A stretch of 64,000 nucleotides of DNA. Source: Muribaculaceae bacterium. Lineage in GTDB: Bacteria > Bacteroidota > Bacteroidia > Bacteroidales > Muribaculaceae. Both the position numbers and the translations under genes were made by a program. The DNA lies in NCBI GenBank assembly GCA_020026215.1, contig JAHHQT010000001.1, positions 483 to 64,482 of the forward strand, written 5' to 3'. The notes beneath the pieces were generated by a model that saw nothing but the letters and a program-made list of their open reading frames with translations, did not search any database and was not told where the DNA came from. Each line of letters opens with the position of its first letter. Position 1 is the first letter of the stretch. This document shows positions 47,219 to 55,725 of this stretch, piece by piece.

Positions 47219-47245
47219 ATGGCGCACCATTTTCTGATGCGCCAT
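47219..47245 (-). terminator. Rho-independent terminator of the 137-aa lipoprotein gene
   Basis: ATGGCGCA pairs with TGCGCCAT (8 bp). TTTTTT follows on the minus strand. Confidence 0.7.
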
Positions 47246-47262
47246 AAATATACATTAAAGCA

Positions 47263-47676
47263 CTATTGTCCTGAAATTGGAATTACACCTCTCTGCTCTT
47301 CCTTAAAACTCCATTGAACTTGATATGTACTTCCCGAGACCTTGTCCAATAAAATAAAATTATAGAAATTCTTGGTTGGATATAATTCAAAACGCCCATT
47401 AGTTTTTCCTTCAGCCAATATTGCATCAGACAACACCAACTCAACTTGTGAACTTTTTTCATCTATACTCCAATGCTCTTGCCAAAGTTGACCTGTTCGT
47501 GTATCCAACTTTAAGAAAGTCCAAATATTCTCCGTAGGATATAATTTAAAAGAAGTCGATTCATAAGCCGTTGCCGGAACTGGCATCGGAATTTGTTGTG
47601 GCTTTTCTTGACACGATGATATTCCCAAAACCATTACCACAGTGCAAACTAAACTAAATACAATTTGTTTTCTCAT
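47263..47676 (-). CDS. Small lipoprotein with an internal two-fold repeat (unknown function)
   Basis: Lipobox VLGISSC followed by QEK. Repeat FKLYPTENIWTFLKLDTRTGQLWQEHWS matches FELYPTKNFYNFILLDKVSGSTYQVQWS. Confidence 0.65.
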   Translation of the reverse strand: MRKQIVFSLVCTVVMVLGISSCQEKPQQIPMPVPATAYESTSFKLYPTENIWTFLKLDTRTGQLWQEHWSIDEKSSQVELVLSDAILAEGKTNGRFELYPTKNFYNFILLDKVSGSTYQVQWSFKEEQRGVIPISGQ

Positions 47677-47820
47677 AATATTCTGAATTTATCAAACAAT
47701 AATCATCCATACGCCCCATATCCATTCTTAGTTCTCAACAAATGACAACTAACAACCATCAATTAGGTCAGATATAAAGATAGTAAATTATATCCAATCT
47801 CTATTATAATAAAACAAAAA

Positions 47821-47842
47821 AGCGCACCCCGAAGGATGCGCT
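47821..47842 (-). terminator. Rho-independent terminator of the SusD-like gene
   Basis: AGCGCA pairs with TGCGCT. TTTTTT follows on the minus strand. Confidence 0.6.
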
Positions 47843-47868
47843 TTAAGTGAATTATTTTATCTTGGATT

Positions 47869-49575
47869 TTAGTTCCATCCGTAGTTTTGACCTAATGCAG
47901 AGTTCAACTGTAGTTGGCCACTTGGGATAGGATATAGGTAATGCTTAGGTTCGTATGTACGGACTTTACCTTTTGAGCCGTCCAAGTAGTTACCCTTAAC
48001 AGGGACAGTAACACCTGTAGCATTGCTTACATTTGCGCCTAACATAATGTTTGGATATTTTGTTGAATCCAATTTATCCAATTGGTGCCAGCGAATCAAA
48101 TCCCAATAACGGAACCAATTATCAAACATCAACTCACAACGACGTTCACGACGGATTTCCCAAATCAATGAAGAAACACCCATGTTGTTTGCAGGGTCGT
48201 CATAACCTACAGCCACTGTCAAAGCAGGAAGTTCTGCTCTGTCACGAAGTTTGTTGATTGAGTTGTCCAAATCCTGATCAGTTAATGTGCCCAATTCTGC
48301 TTTTGCTTCAGCATAGTTCAAATATACCACTGACAACCAGTAGATAGGAGCATCGGTATAGTTAGAACCTGTTTGGTTACGGTGTTTCAATGGAATGTCT
48401 ATGTTATCGTATTTGCAAACGCCATAACCTGTTGAAGATGTCATTTCCATACCATCGTTTGTACGTTTCCAAGTGTTACCCGGATACATCACGAACGGGT
48501 CGATAGTTTCACGCAAGCGGGCATCGCGAACTTCCAAAAGAGCACTGATTGAAATATGACCTTGAGCATCAACTACACCGGCATCGTCCTTATCCTCAGC
48601 AGTAAGTGCCAATGGTTTTCCGTCCTTGAACAAATAAGCGTCGAACGCATCTTTTGTCATACCGCTGATTTGAGTAGAAGAACAAGTATAGTCAATGGTT
48701 GAATGTTGGAAAATGTCTTCCTTATATTGCTTGCAGAAGATAATTTCCTCGTTGTCCATCAATGACTCTGAGTTGTAGATGGCACGGTAGCTGTCGCTCA
48801 ATGTATATTCTTGCATTAAAGGAGTACAAGCGTTGACACATTCATTCAAGAATTTCTTTGAACCTTCCATGTCAGGAGCTTTTTGTCCTTCGTTAGGGTT
48901 ACGATATTTACGGAATGTACCTTCCCACAAACAAATGTCGGCCTTCATAGCCAATGCCATGTTACGTGACCAAGTAGTCTTTGAGCTTGAGCCCTTGATG
49001 TTGTCCACAGCAAAGTCCAAGTCTTCAAGTACTTTGTCCATAACTTCGTCTCGGTCATCGCGTTTGCCATACAAGAATTGAGAATCTTTCGGGTCAAGCG
49101 GACGATCCAACCATAGACAGTCACCGAACTTGCGAACCAAGTCGAAATATTGGAATGCTCGGTTCAAACGTGCCACACCTAACCAATGATTCTTCTCGTC
49201 TTCTTTCATGCTTGAGTTCTGCATACCTTGAATCATCACATTGGCACGACGGATTTCATCATATATGCCTCTCCAGTCGCTTGACTTGGCAGGGATATTC
49301 ACAAAAGTCCAATCAGAGAATGCATTACCTGCCTGGTCATCACTTAATGTCTTGAAATAAAACAAACCTTGACCTCCGGCATTACCGTAACCGGTAAAGT
49401 TTTCGTAATATTTATTCGCATAGCCTTCGACAGTTTGTTCGTTGTTCCAGAATTCAGGACTATTTTGGAAACCATCCAAAGGCTCTTTATCCAATGTGTC
49501 GTTACAGCTGGAGAAAGATGCGGCTCCAACGAGCATCATACCGTATAATAATATTTTATTTCTCATAATATTCAA
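47869..49575 (-). CDS. SusD/RagB-family nutrient-binding outer-membrane lipoprotein
   Basis: Lipobox AASFSSC followed by NDT. 568 aa. Lies 31 nt downstream of the SusC-like gene. The helical N-terminal half and Trp/Tyr-rich C-terminal half are as in SusD homologues. Confidence 0.88.
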   Translation of the reverse strand: MNIMRNKILLYGMMLVGAASFSSCNDTLDKEPLDGFQNSPEFWNNEQTVEGYANKYYENFTGYGNAGGQGLFYFKTLSDDQAGNAFSDWTFVNIPAKSSDWRGIYDEIRRANVMIQGMQNSSMKEDEKNHWLGVARLNRAFQYFDLVRKFGDCLWLDRPLDPKDSQFLYGKRDDRDEVMDKVLEDLDFAVDNIKGSSSKTTWSRNMALAMKADICLWEGTFRKYRNPNEGQKAPDMEGSKKFLNECVNACTPLMQEYTLSDSYRAIYNSESLMDNEEIIFCKQYKEDIFQHSTIDYTCSSTQISGMTKDAFDAYLFKDGKPLALTAEDKDDAGVVDAQGHISISALLEVRDARLRETIDPFVMYPGNTWKRTNDGMEMTSSTGYGVCKYDNIDIPLKHRNQTGSNYTDAPIYWLSVVYLNYAEAKAELGTLTDQDLDNSINKLRDRAELPALTVAVGYDDPANNMGVSSLIWEIRRERRCELMFDNWFRYWDLIRWHQLDKLDSTKYPNIMLGANVSNATGVTVPVKGNYLDGSKGKVRTYEPKHYLYPIPSGQLQLNSALGQNYGWN

Positions 49576-49606
49576 TTTTTAAATTCTTAACCTTTTTGTC
49601 AGATTA

Positions 49607-52600
49607 TTAGAATGTTACTTGTAAACCGAAAGAGACTGTACGTGTCATAGGTTCGATACGTCCCCATGTTCCGTTTGCCAAGTCATTGCCACCAGCTCTT
49701 GTATTTTCACTACCGTTCACCTCAGGGTCGATAGGAGCAATACTGTTGTTGATTAACTCACAAAGGTTGTTTGCACTGAAATAAACACGCAATTTTTCGA
49801 TATACCATTTACGAGTTAGGTCTTGAGGAAGAGTATAACCTACAGTCAAGTTCTTGAAACGTAAGTAAGATTGGTCAACCAAGTATCTTGTTTGAGGATA
49901 GAAGTTGTGATTACCTCTTGCCAAACCGGAAATTGTACCATAACCTGCGTTACCCGGCCACATACGAGGATAGAATGCACCGTAGTTTTGTTTTTCTTCA
50001 GTAAAGTAGTCAGTTTGATTTTCGTAGATAGCATCTGCGCCACGCATCATCGGCATTACGAATGCTGATTGTGTCCAAGCGTCGCACTTGCCTACACCTT
50101 GGAAGTACATATCCAAATCAATTCCTTTCCAAGAACCACCGATACGGAAACTATATTGATAGCGAGGAGTTGAGTTACCAATCACCTTCAAGTCACCATG
50201 GTCATTGTCTGTACCTTTACCGCCGTCAATTACACCATCACCGTTTTGGTCAACAAACTTGATGTCACCAGGGCCAAATACGAAACCGTTTTGTTCCAAG
50301 CCTTTTTGGCTGGCTACACCTGACTTATAGCCTATGATATTACCACTGCCGTCGAATTCGAAGTCGTCTTTTGTAAACAATCTGTCTGTTTCAAATCCCC
50401 AAATGTCACCGTAAGTCTTACCGCTATAATAACTGTTGATTAGACGAGTGTCATCTGACCAGTCAGTAACTTTTGTCTTGAAGTCACCGATGTTGAAGTT
50501 TGCATAAACATCAAATTCGCCGAATCTGTGGTTCCAATTGATGTTCAATTCCCAACCGCGTGTACGAAGAGAACCAGCATTGGTCAAAGGAGCATCTGCA
50601 CCCAATACATCAGGAAGCACTTTACCAGGAGCCAACATATCACGAGTATAACGTTGGTACCAGTCGAAACCTAATGTCAATTCATTGTTCAAGAAGCCTA
50701 AATCCAAACCGATATCCAATGTCTGGATACGTTCCCAACTCAAGTCTGAAGAAACCAATGCAGGAGTATTGTAACCTGTCAAGATTACACCTGATGGGCT
50801 TAGCCAGTTGATTGAACCGTCGGAAGAAATCATTTGACGGAATTTGTTTGCACCGATAGCCTCGTTACCGATTTCACCGTAAGATGCACGCAACTTACCA
50901 TTGTTGATAATTTCCTTCAAATTTTCGAAATAGCTTTCTTCACTGAAACGATAGCCGAATGATCCTGATGGGAAGAATGCCCAGCGGTCATTGGAAGGGA
51001 AGTTGGATGAACCGTCGAAACGTCCGTTCAATTCAAGCAACCAAATATCGTTGAAGTTATAATTAATACGTCCAAAGTAACCAGCAGTAGCACCATGTCC
51101 GTGTTCACCGTTGACAGTTTGGTTTTCTGTACCCATCAATGGGAATTCAGGGAAGGCAGTACTGTTCATGTCGCGTTTCTTTCCCCAGAAGTTATTGTAT
51201 TCCGTACCGTCCAAAGTACCACCCAACATCACGTTCAAGTTATGTTTGTTCCAAGTGTGATCATAGTTTGCAAACACGTTCAAAGTGTGACGGGTCAAAC
51301 GGTTGGATTGTTGGAATAAGTCTGTGTTTGATACGATATAAGACGGAGCTGAGATGTTGCCACCCCAAGTATTGTAAGCGTAAACCGGAAGATTGGCTTC
51401 TTTGATACGACCATTGGTCAAGTCAAAGGTATAGTCCGCATTAACAGTGATATCATTAGTGATGTTTGCCTTTACAAAAGCACCGATACGCATGAAGTTT
51501 TCATCGTTGCTGCCTTCGCCAGCCTGTTTCAAATAAGCAATATCGTTTCGGCTGTCTTCACCGTTGATTGTACCGTAAGGGCCAAAGAAACTACCCCAAC
51601 GCCACATGTATTGATAAGTATAGCGGCGAGTGTTAGGATAGTCATATTTCTTGTCACTGTAAGAGAAACGTCCACCTACTTGCAACCAGTCAGTGATATT
51701 TGAAGAAATGTTTGCATTCACGTTCAAACGCTTGTTCTCATCAGGATTGAATGCCATGATACCTTCTTTTTTGTTATAGCCGAAAGACATATAATAAGTA
51801 GTGCGGCCAGAAGTACCCTGTACATTGAAGTTATGTGTCTGTGAAGGTGCCCAATTACGGAACATGATGTCAACTACGTCCCAGTCAGCATAGTACATTG
51901 CACCGGAACCGTCATCGTTCATAAAGTAATCTCCCACGTTGTCCATGCTTTGGAAACGTTGCATTTCACGATATTTGGCTTTCTTGCCACCATGTTGGTC
52001 GCGCCATGCTTCAGCGTATGGAAGCATTTTGTCCAAATACATACCAAACAATTCGTTTTCCAAACCTGCACGCTTGTTGGCTGCACCCAATGCCTTGATT
52101 TGTGTAGGAACATCAGGGAAGTCAGGCATCACAGTTGGTGTATCCCATGCAAAGTTATTGGTATAGTTAACTTGGATTTTGTCAGTTTTGGAACCGCCTT
52201 TGGTAGTAATCAAAATCACACCGAAAGCTGCACGCGCACCATAGATAGAAGTAGAAGCAGCATCTTTCAATACTGAAACTGATGCGATATCAGCAGGATT
52301 GACAAATGAAAGGTCTTCGATAGGCACACCGTCAACAACAATCAACGGATTACTTACTTCGTTATTACTCAATGTACCCAAACCACGGATTTGGATATTG
52401 GCTTTTGAATTCAAACCACCATCGGTAGATGTAATTGTCAAGCCAGGTATATTTCCTTGCAACGCTTTTGCCACATCGGTTTGTGGACGAGCTTCCAAAG
52501 CCTTGCTTACGTCAACTACAGATACAGCACCTGTCAAGTTGACTTTCTTTTGTTGACCATAACCAACGACAACCACTTCGTCAAGCAAAGCGTTATCATC

Positions 52601-52957
52601 TTGTAGAACTACTTCCATATTGGAAGTCGCTTTCATCGTTTTAGTACCATAACCAATGTATGACACGACAATTGTAGCACCATCGGCAACGTCCAATTTG
52701 AACTTACCGTCCAAGTCAGTGACAATACCACGGGTTGTACCACGTTCCATAACGTTAGCACCCACGATAGGTTCACCGGCTTTGTCTTTCACAGTTCCTG
52801 TGATTGTAGTTGTTGCCTTTTGCGTGGCAATTACTTGCGGATTAGGAGCTGCATACGCAGTACCAGTTCCTAAACTGCCCAACAAACACATCGCAATAGT
52901 AGCACCAGCCACTATCTTACGACCAGAATTTTTTCTTCGTTCAGCAAATTTATCCAT
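49607..52957 (-). CDS. SusC/RagA-family TonB-linked outer-membrane transporter
   Basis: The ATG at 52957 (MDKFAERRKNSGRK...) is preferred; the track start at 53023 is a TTG. Carboxypeptidase-regulatory-like ITGTVKDKAGEPIVGANV. Plug blocks NPLIVVDGVP and SVSVLKDAASTSIYGARAAFGVILITTK. Barrel ends FGLQVTF. Confidence 0.9.
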   Translation of the reverse strand: MDKFAERRKNSGRKIVAGATIAMCLLGSLGTGTAYAAPNPQVIATQKATTTITGTVKDKAGEPIVGANVMERGTTRGIVTDLDGKFKLDVADGATIVVSYIGYGTKTMKATSNMEVVLQDDNALLDEVVVVGYGQQKKVNLTGAVSVVDVSKALEARPQTDVAKALQGNIPGLTITSTDGGLNSKANIQIRGLGTLSNNEVSNPLIVVDGVPIEDLSFVNPADIASVSVLKDAASTSIYGARAAFGVILITTKGGSKTDKIQVNYTNNFAWDTPTVMPDFPDVPTQIKALGAANKRAGLENELFGMYLDKMLPYAEAWRDQHGGKKAKYREMQRFQSMDNVGDYFMNDDGSGAMYYADWDVVDIMFRNWAPSQTHNFNVQGTSGRTTYYMSFGYNKKEGIMAFNPDENKRLNVNANISSNITDWLQVGGRFSYSDKKYDYPNTRRYTYQYMWRWGSFFGPYGTINGEDSRNDIAYLKQAGEGSNDENFMRIGAFVKANITNDITVNADYTFDLTNGRIKEANLPVYAYNTWGGNISAPSYIVSNTDLFQQSNRLTRHTLNVFANYDHTWNKHNLNVMLGGTLDGTEYNNFWGKKRDMNSTAFPEFPLMGTENQTVNGEHGHGATAGYFGRINYNFNDIWLLELNGRFDGSSNFPSNDRWAFFPSGSFGYRFSEESYFENLKEIINNGKLRASYGEIGNEAIGANKFRQMISSDGSINWLSPSGVILTGYNTPALVSSDLSWERIQTLDIGLDLGFLNNELTLGFDWYQRYTRDMLAPGKVLPDVLGADAPLTNAGSLRTRGWELNINWNHRFGEFDVYANFNIGDFKTKVTDWSDDTRLINSYYSGKTYGDIWGFETDRLFTKDDFEFDGSGNIIGYKSGVASQKGLEQNGFVFGPGDIKFVDQNGDGVIDGGKGTDNDHGDLKVIGNSTPRYQYSFRIGGSWKGIDLDMYFQGVGKCDAWTQSAFVMPMMRGADAIYENQTDYFTEEKQNYGAFYPRMWPGNAGYGTISGLARGNHNFYPQTRYLVDQSYLRFKNLTVGYTLPQDLTRKWYIEKLRVYFSANNLCELINNSIAPIDPEVNGSENTRAGGNDLANGTWGRIEPMTRTVSFGLQVTF

Positions 52958-53096
52958 ACTTATTTTTAAATTAATTGAACATTTATCTCTATTCGGATGA
53001 ACGATTTTAAGATATTTTTTCAAAAGTTGTTAATTAATTGTCAGTCTAATACTACTAATATTGGATTATATTCCTTTCATTAGTTTTTCACGAGTG

Positions 53097-53104
53097 CAAA
53101 TATA
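53097..53104 (-). promoter_or_regulatory. -7 promoter box (TATATTTG on the minus strand) for the susC/susD-like pair
   Basis: CAAATATA on the plus strand, 140 nt upstream of the ATG at 52957. Confidence 0.35.
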
Positions 53105-53329
53105 ACACCATTTACAACTTATCAAACATCTAACTTACAATTTAACTATTTAACCTTTTGCTTTTTAACACTGTAACATAATGTTCACATTTACTATGTT
53201 TTACAACATAATTAAACAATATATTTGCATGTCGTTTTATCTCTAATTCACCAACATTTCGTATCAATTTACAATTCTGCTTACAATCTGTAACCTCATG
53301 GCTTGAATATTTGAAAATGGCAAAAAAAT

Positions 53330-53356
53330 AATGCTGCCGAGAGCCTCGACAGCATT
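53330..53356 (-). terminator. Rho-independent terminator of the amylase gene
   Basis: AATGCTGCCGAG pairs with CTCGACAGCATT (11 of 12 bp, 3-nt loop). TTTTTTT follows on the minus strand. Confidence 0.75.
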
Positions 53357-53378
53357 ACATATTATAAAAGTGTATCTA

Positions 53379-55496
53379 CTATTTTTTCAACAACTTGCCT
53401 TGTGTCACTGTTCCGTCGGCAAGGGCAACGCGATAGAAATAGAATCCGTTTTGAAGAGAAGCAACGTTCAACTCAGATGCATTTTCAGCATGGGCTACCA
53501 AAGCACCGCTTGCTGCATAAACTTCGAATGTAGCCACTTCCTGTGTAGATTTTACAAATACCATATCAGTAGCAGGATTAGGATAAACAGCTACCTCAAC
53601 ATCGGCTACGGCATCGCTGACACCACCAAATTGGCTGGTAACGTCAGTTACAGTGATAGACTTGCCTTCTGTACCATTCAATACGAAGTATTTTGTACCT
53701 TCGACACCAACAATGTCAATGGTTTGGTCTGTACCATTGTTGAAGATGATATTGACCACATCGCAAGTTTCCGGAGTAGTGTATTTGTACCATGTGTAAC
53801 CGTCTTGTTGAACTGTTGAAGAAGCCATGTTCTTGCCCGGCCAGTTGCCTAATAATTGAGCAGCTTCGAATTCGTCACTCCAAGCATAGAAGTTGACCGT
53901 GCTCCAAGATGGTTTTTGAAGATAGATAGTTACAGGCAAATATTCTGTTTTATAAACGGCTGATTTTGTTCCTGAAACGATTTTTCCGTCAGCAATGGCA
54001 ACCGCTCTCAATGTGGTTTTCTTAGTGATGTCAAGTGTTGCACCTGATTTAACGACTGTACCGTTGGTTGCGCTTGGGAAAGAACCGTCCACTGTATAGG
54101 CGATAGATTCAGAACCGGTAGCGTTGTTCAATGTCATAGTCACCTTCACGCCACCTTGATAGAAACCGCCTTCAGGAGAGAAACTGACTTCAGGACGTTT
54201 CACGTCAAGATTCTTGATAGGAGTTTTTGTCCAAATAGTGTAGGCAGAAGCGTTAGCCACCTTGTCATTGTTTGTATAGCCGGCAGGATTGTAGCTACCC
54301 ATACCAATTTTCACAATCAATTCTCCGTGAAGTCCTGTCACCTTAGCCACATATTGAGAACGTGAGTTGACCAAAACATCAACATTACTTTGGTTATGAA
54401 TACCTACTGACTTACGGATAGCAATCAATTTCTTGATAGCTTCCTTGTTTTCCAACCAGTGTTTCATAAACACGCAAGGAGTACCCGGGTGAGTCAACAA
54501 ATAAGCGTTGGCTGCCAAAATATCACCTGTGAATTTAGAGGCTTCACGATAAGTATCATGGTTGTCAATGAATGTAACGGCATAGCGTTTGTAAGTATCG
54601 TTGTGAATCAAACCTGCAGGTTGGTCTTTTGAGCCACTCTTCCAAACCAATTTAGTGAAATTGCGTTGTGAGAAAGCATTACCCAAAGCCCATTTGAATT
54701 CAAAGTCGAAGGCAGCAGACTGACGGCCTGTTTTTTCAATCCAAGCGGTTGTTTTATCGTAATTGTCCCAATATTCACCTACTGAATAACGAGCCTTAGC
54801 TGATTCATTATAGATTTTGATGAATTCGCCACCGAAACCTTTTACCATATCATAGCGCCAGCCGATATAGCCAAGATCGTTTTTCAAGAAATCAAGATAA
54901 GCCTTGACGTGGCGTTGTACTTCAGGGTTTGTGTGGTCCAAATCGCGACAACCATCGAAGTTGTCACCTGTATCGTAAGCACCTGTCGGTTTGCCCTGAC
55001 CTTGTGCATTAGCCACTTCGTCGTTACGGCAGATAGCGTCCAAACCTAATTGGTAAGTTTCACCCTTATAAACTTCAGCAGGGAAATCAGTCCAGTTTGA
55101 AACACCGTTACGGTGGTTGACTACAACATCTTCAATGACACCTGTACCGAAAGCGGTGAATGTACGTATCATTTCACGCAATTCTTCTTCTGTACCGAAT
55201 GATGAGTTGTGGTTGGTAAACCAATAGATAGGGTTATATCCCATACTTGGGTTTGAGCTACATTTGCCACTGTTAGGCACCCAAACCAAATCGAAATAGT
55301 TAGACATTTCTGATGCTTGTTCTGAAAATAAACTCCATTGAGTTTCATCATAAGCATCCCAAGAAAATCCTTGCAACATCACGCCGTCATAGTTTGCCGG
55401 CCAAGCGTATTCACCTTCAGCTTTCAACTTTGGTGAAACGAACAACAAAAGTGCGAACAAAGCAACTGCAACTTGAATAAATTTTGTTCTTCTCAT
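53379..55496 (-). CDS. GH13 alpha-amylase with starch-binding-module-like domain and T9SS C-terminal sorting domain
   Basis: GH13 regions I-IV: DVVVNHRN, GWRYDMVKGF, VGEYWD, FIDNHD. Signal peptide MRRTKFIQVAVALFALLLFVSPKLKA. A CBM25/26-like segment reads VNFYAWSDEFEAAQLLGNWPGKNM. The CTD is VAVYPNPATDMVFVKS...NGFYFYRVALADGTVTQGKLLKK. Confidence 0.9.
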   Translation of the reverse strand: MRRTKFIQVAVALFALLLFVSPKLKAEGEYAWPANYDGVMLQGFSWDAYDETQWSLFSEQASEMSNYFDLVWVPNSGKCSSNPSMGYNPIYWFTNHNSSFGTEEELREMIRTFTAFGTGVIEDVVVNHRNGVSNWTDFPAEVYKGETYQLGLDAICRNDEVANAQGQGKPTGAYDTGDNFDGCRDLDHTNPEVQRHVKAYLDFLKNDLGYIGWRYDMVKGFGGEFIKIYNESAKARYSVGEYWDNYDKTTAWIEKTGRQSAAFDFEFKWALGNAFSQRNFTKLVWKSGSKDQPAGLIHNDTYKRYAVTFIDNHDTYREASKFTGDILAANAYLLTHPGTPCVFMKHWLENKEAIKKLIAIRKSVGIHNQSNVDVLVNSRSQYVAKVTGLHGELIVKIGMGSYNPAGYTNNDKVANASAYTIWTKTPIKNLDVKRPEVSFSPEGGFYQGGVKVTMTLNNATGSESIAYTVDGSFPSATNGTVVKSGATLDITKKTTLRAVAIADGKIVSGTKSAVYKTEYLPVTIYLQKPSWSTVNFYAWSDEFEAAQLLGNWPGKNMASSTVQQDGYTWYKYTTPETCDVVNIIFNNGTDQTIDIVGVEGTKYFVLNGTEGKSITVTDVTSQFGGVSDAVADVEVAVYPNPATDMVFVKSTQEVATFEVYAASGALVAHAENASELNVASLQNGFYFYRVALADGTVTQGKLLKK

Positions 55497-55537
55497 AGTT
55501 TTTATTTTAAATTATTTTATGGTACTAATTTGTTCTA

Positions 55538-55545
55538 CAAAGATA
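55538..55545 (-). promoter_or_regulatory. -7 promoter box (TATCTTTG on the minus strand)
   Basis: CAAAGATA on the plus strand, 42 nt upstream of the amylase ATG at 55496. Confidence 0.45.
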
Positions 55546-55638
55546 AAACATTAATTTTATATATGGCATAATATGATAATTTAAATACAATTAAATAAAA
55601 AAGCGGTGTTCGGCACTATGGCTTCGCTCCTTTTTACC

Positions 55639-55646
55639 TATCTTTG
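55639..55646 (+). promoter_or_regulatory. -7 promoter box TATCTTTG
   Basis: Lies 80 nt upstream of the ATG at 55726. Confidence 0.4.
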
Positions 55647-55649
55647 TGC

Positions 55650-55687
55650 TACCCTGAAATCAGATACTGCAAGTACCCTAAATCAGA
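55650..55687 (+). repeat. Direct repeat TACCCT(G)AAATCAGA x2 in the leader of the phosphatase gene
   Basis: The copies at 55650..55664 and 55674..55687 are identical except for one extra G, with a 24-nt period. They sit directly downstream of the -7 box. Confidence 0.6.
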
Positions 55688-55725
55688 ACAAACCCCACAT
55701 AAGAAAACATTAAAATCAACCGATA

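Noticed and set aside
53379-55496. Twin-arginine (Tat) signal peptides on the amylase (MRRTKF...) and on SusC (..ERRKNSGRK..), given the nearby tat operon.
   Set aside because: The RR pairs are not in an (S/T)RRxFLK context. T9SS cargo and SusC proteins are Sec substrates in characterised systems. I treat this as coincidence.
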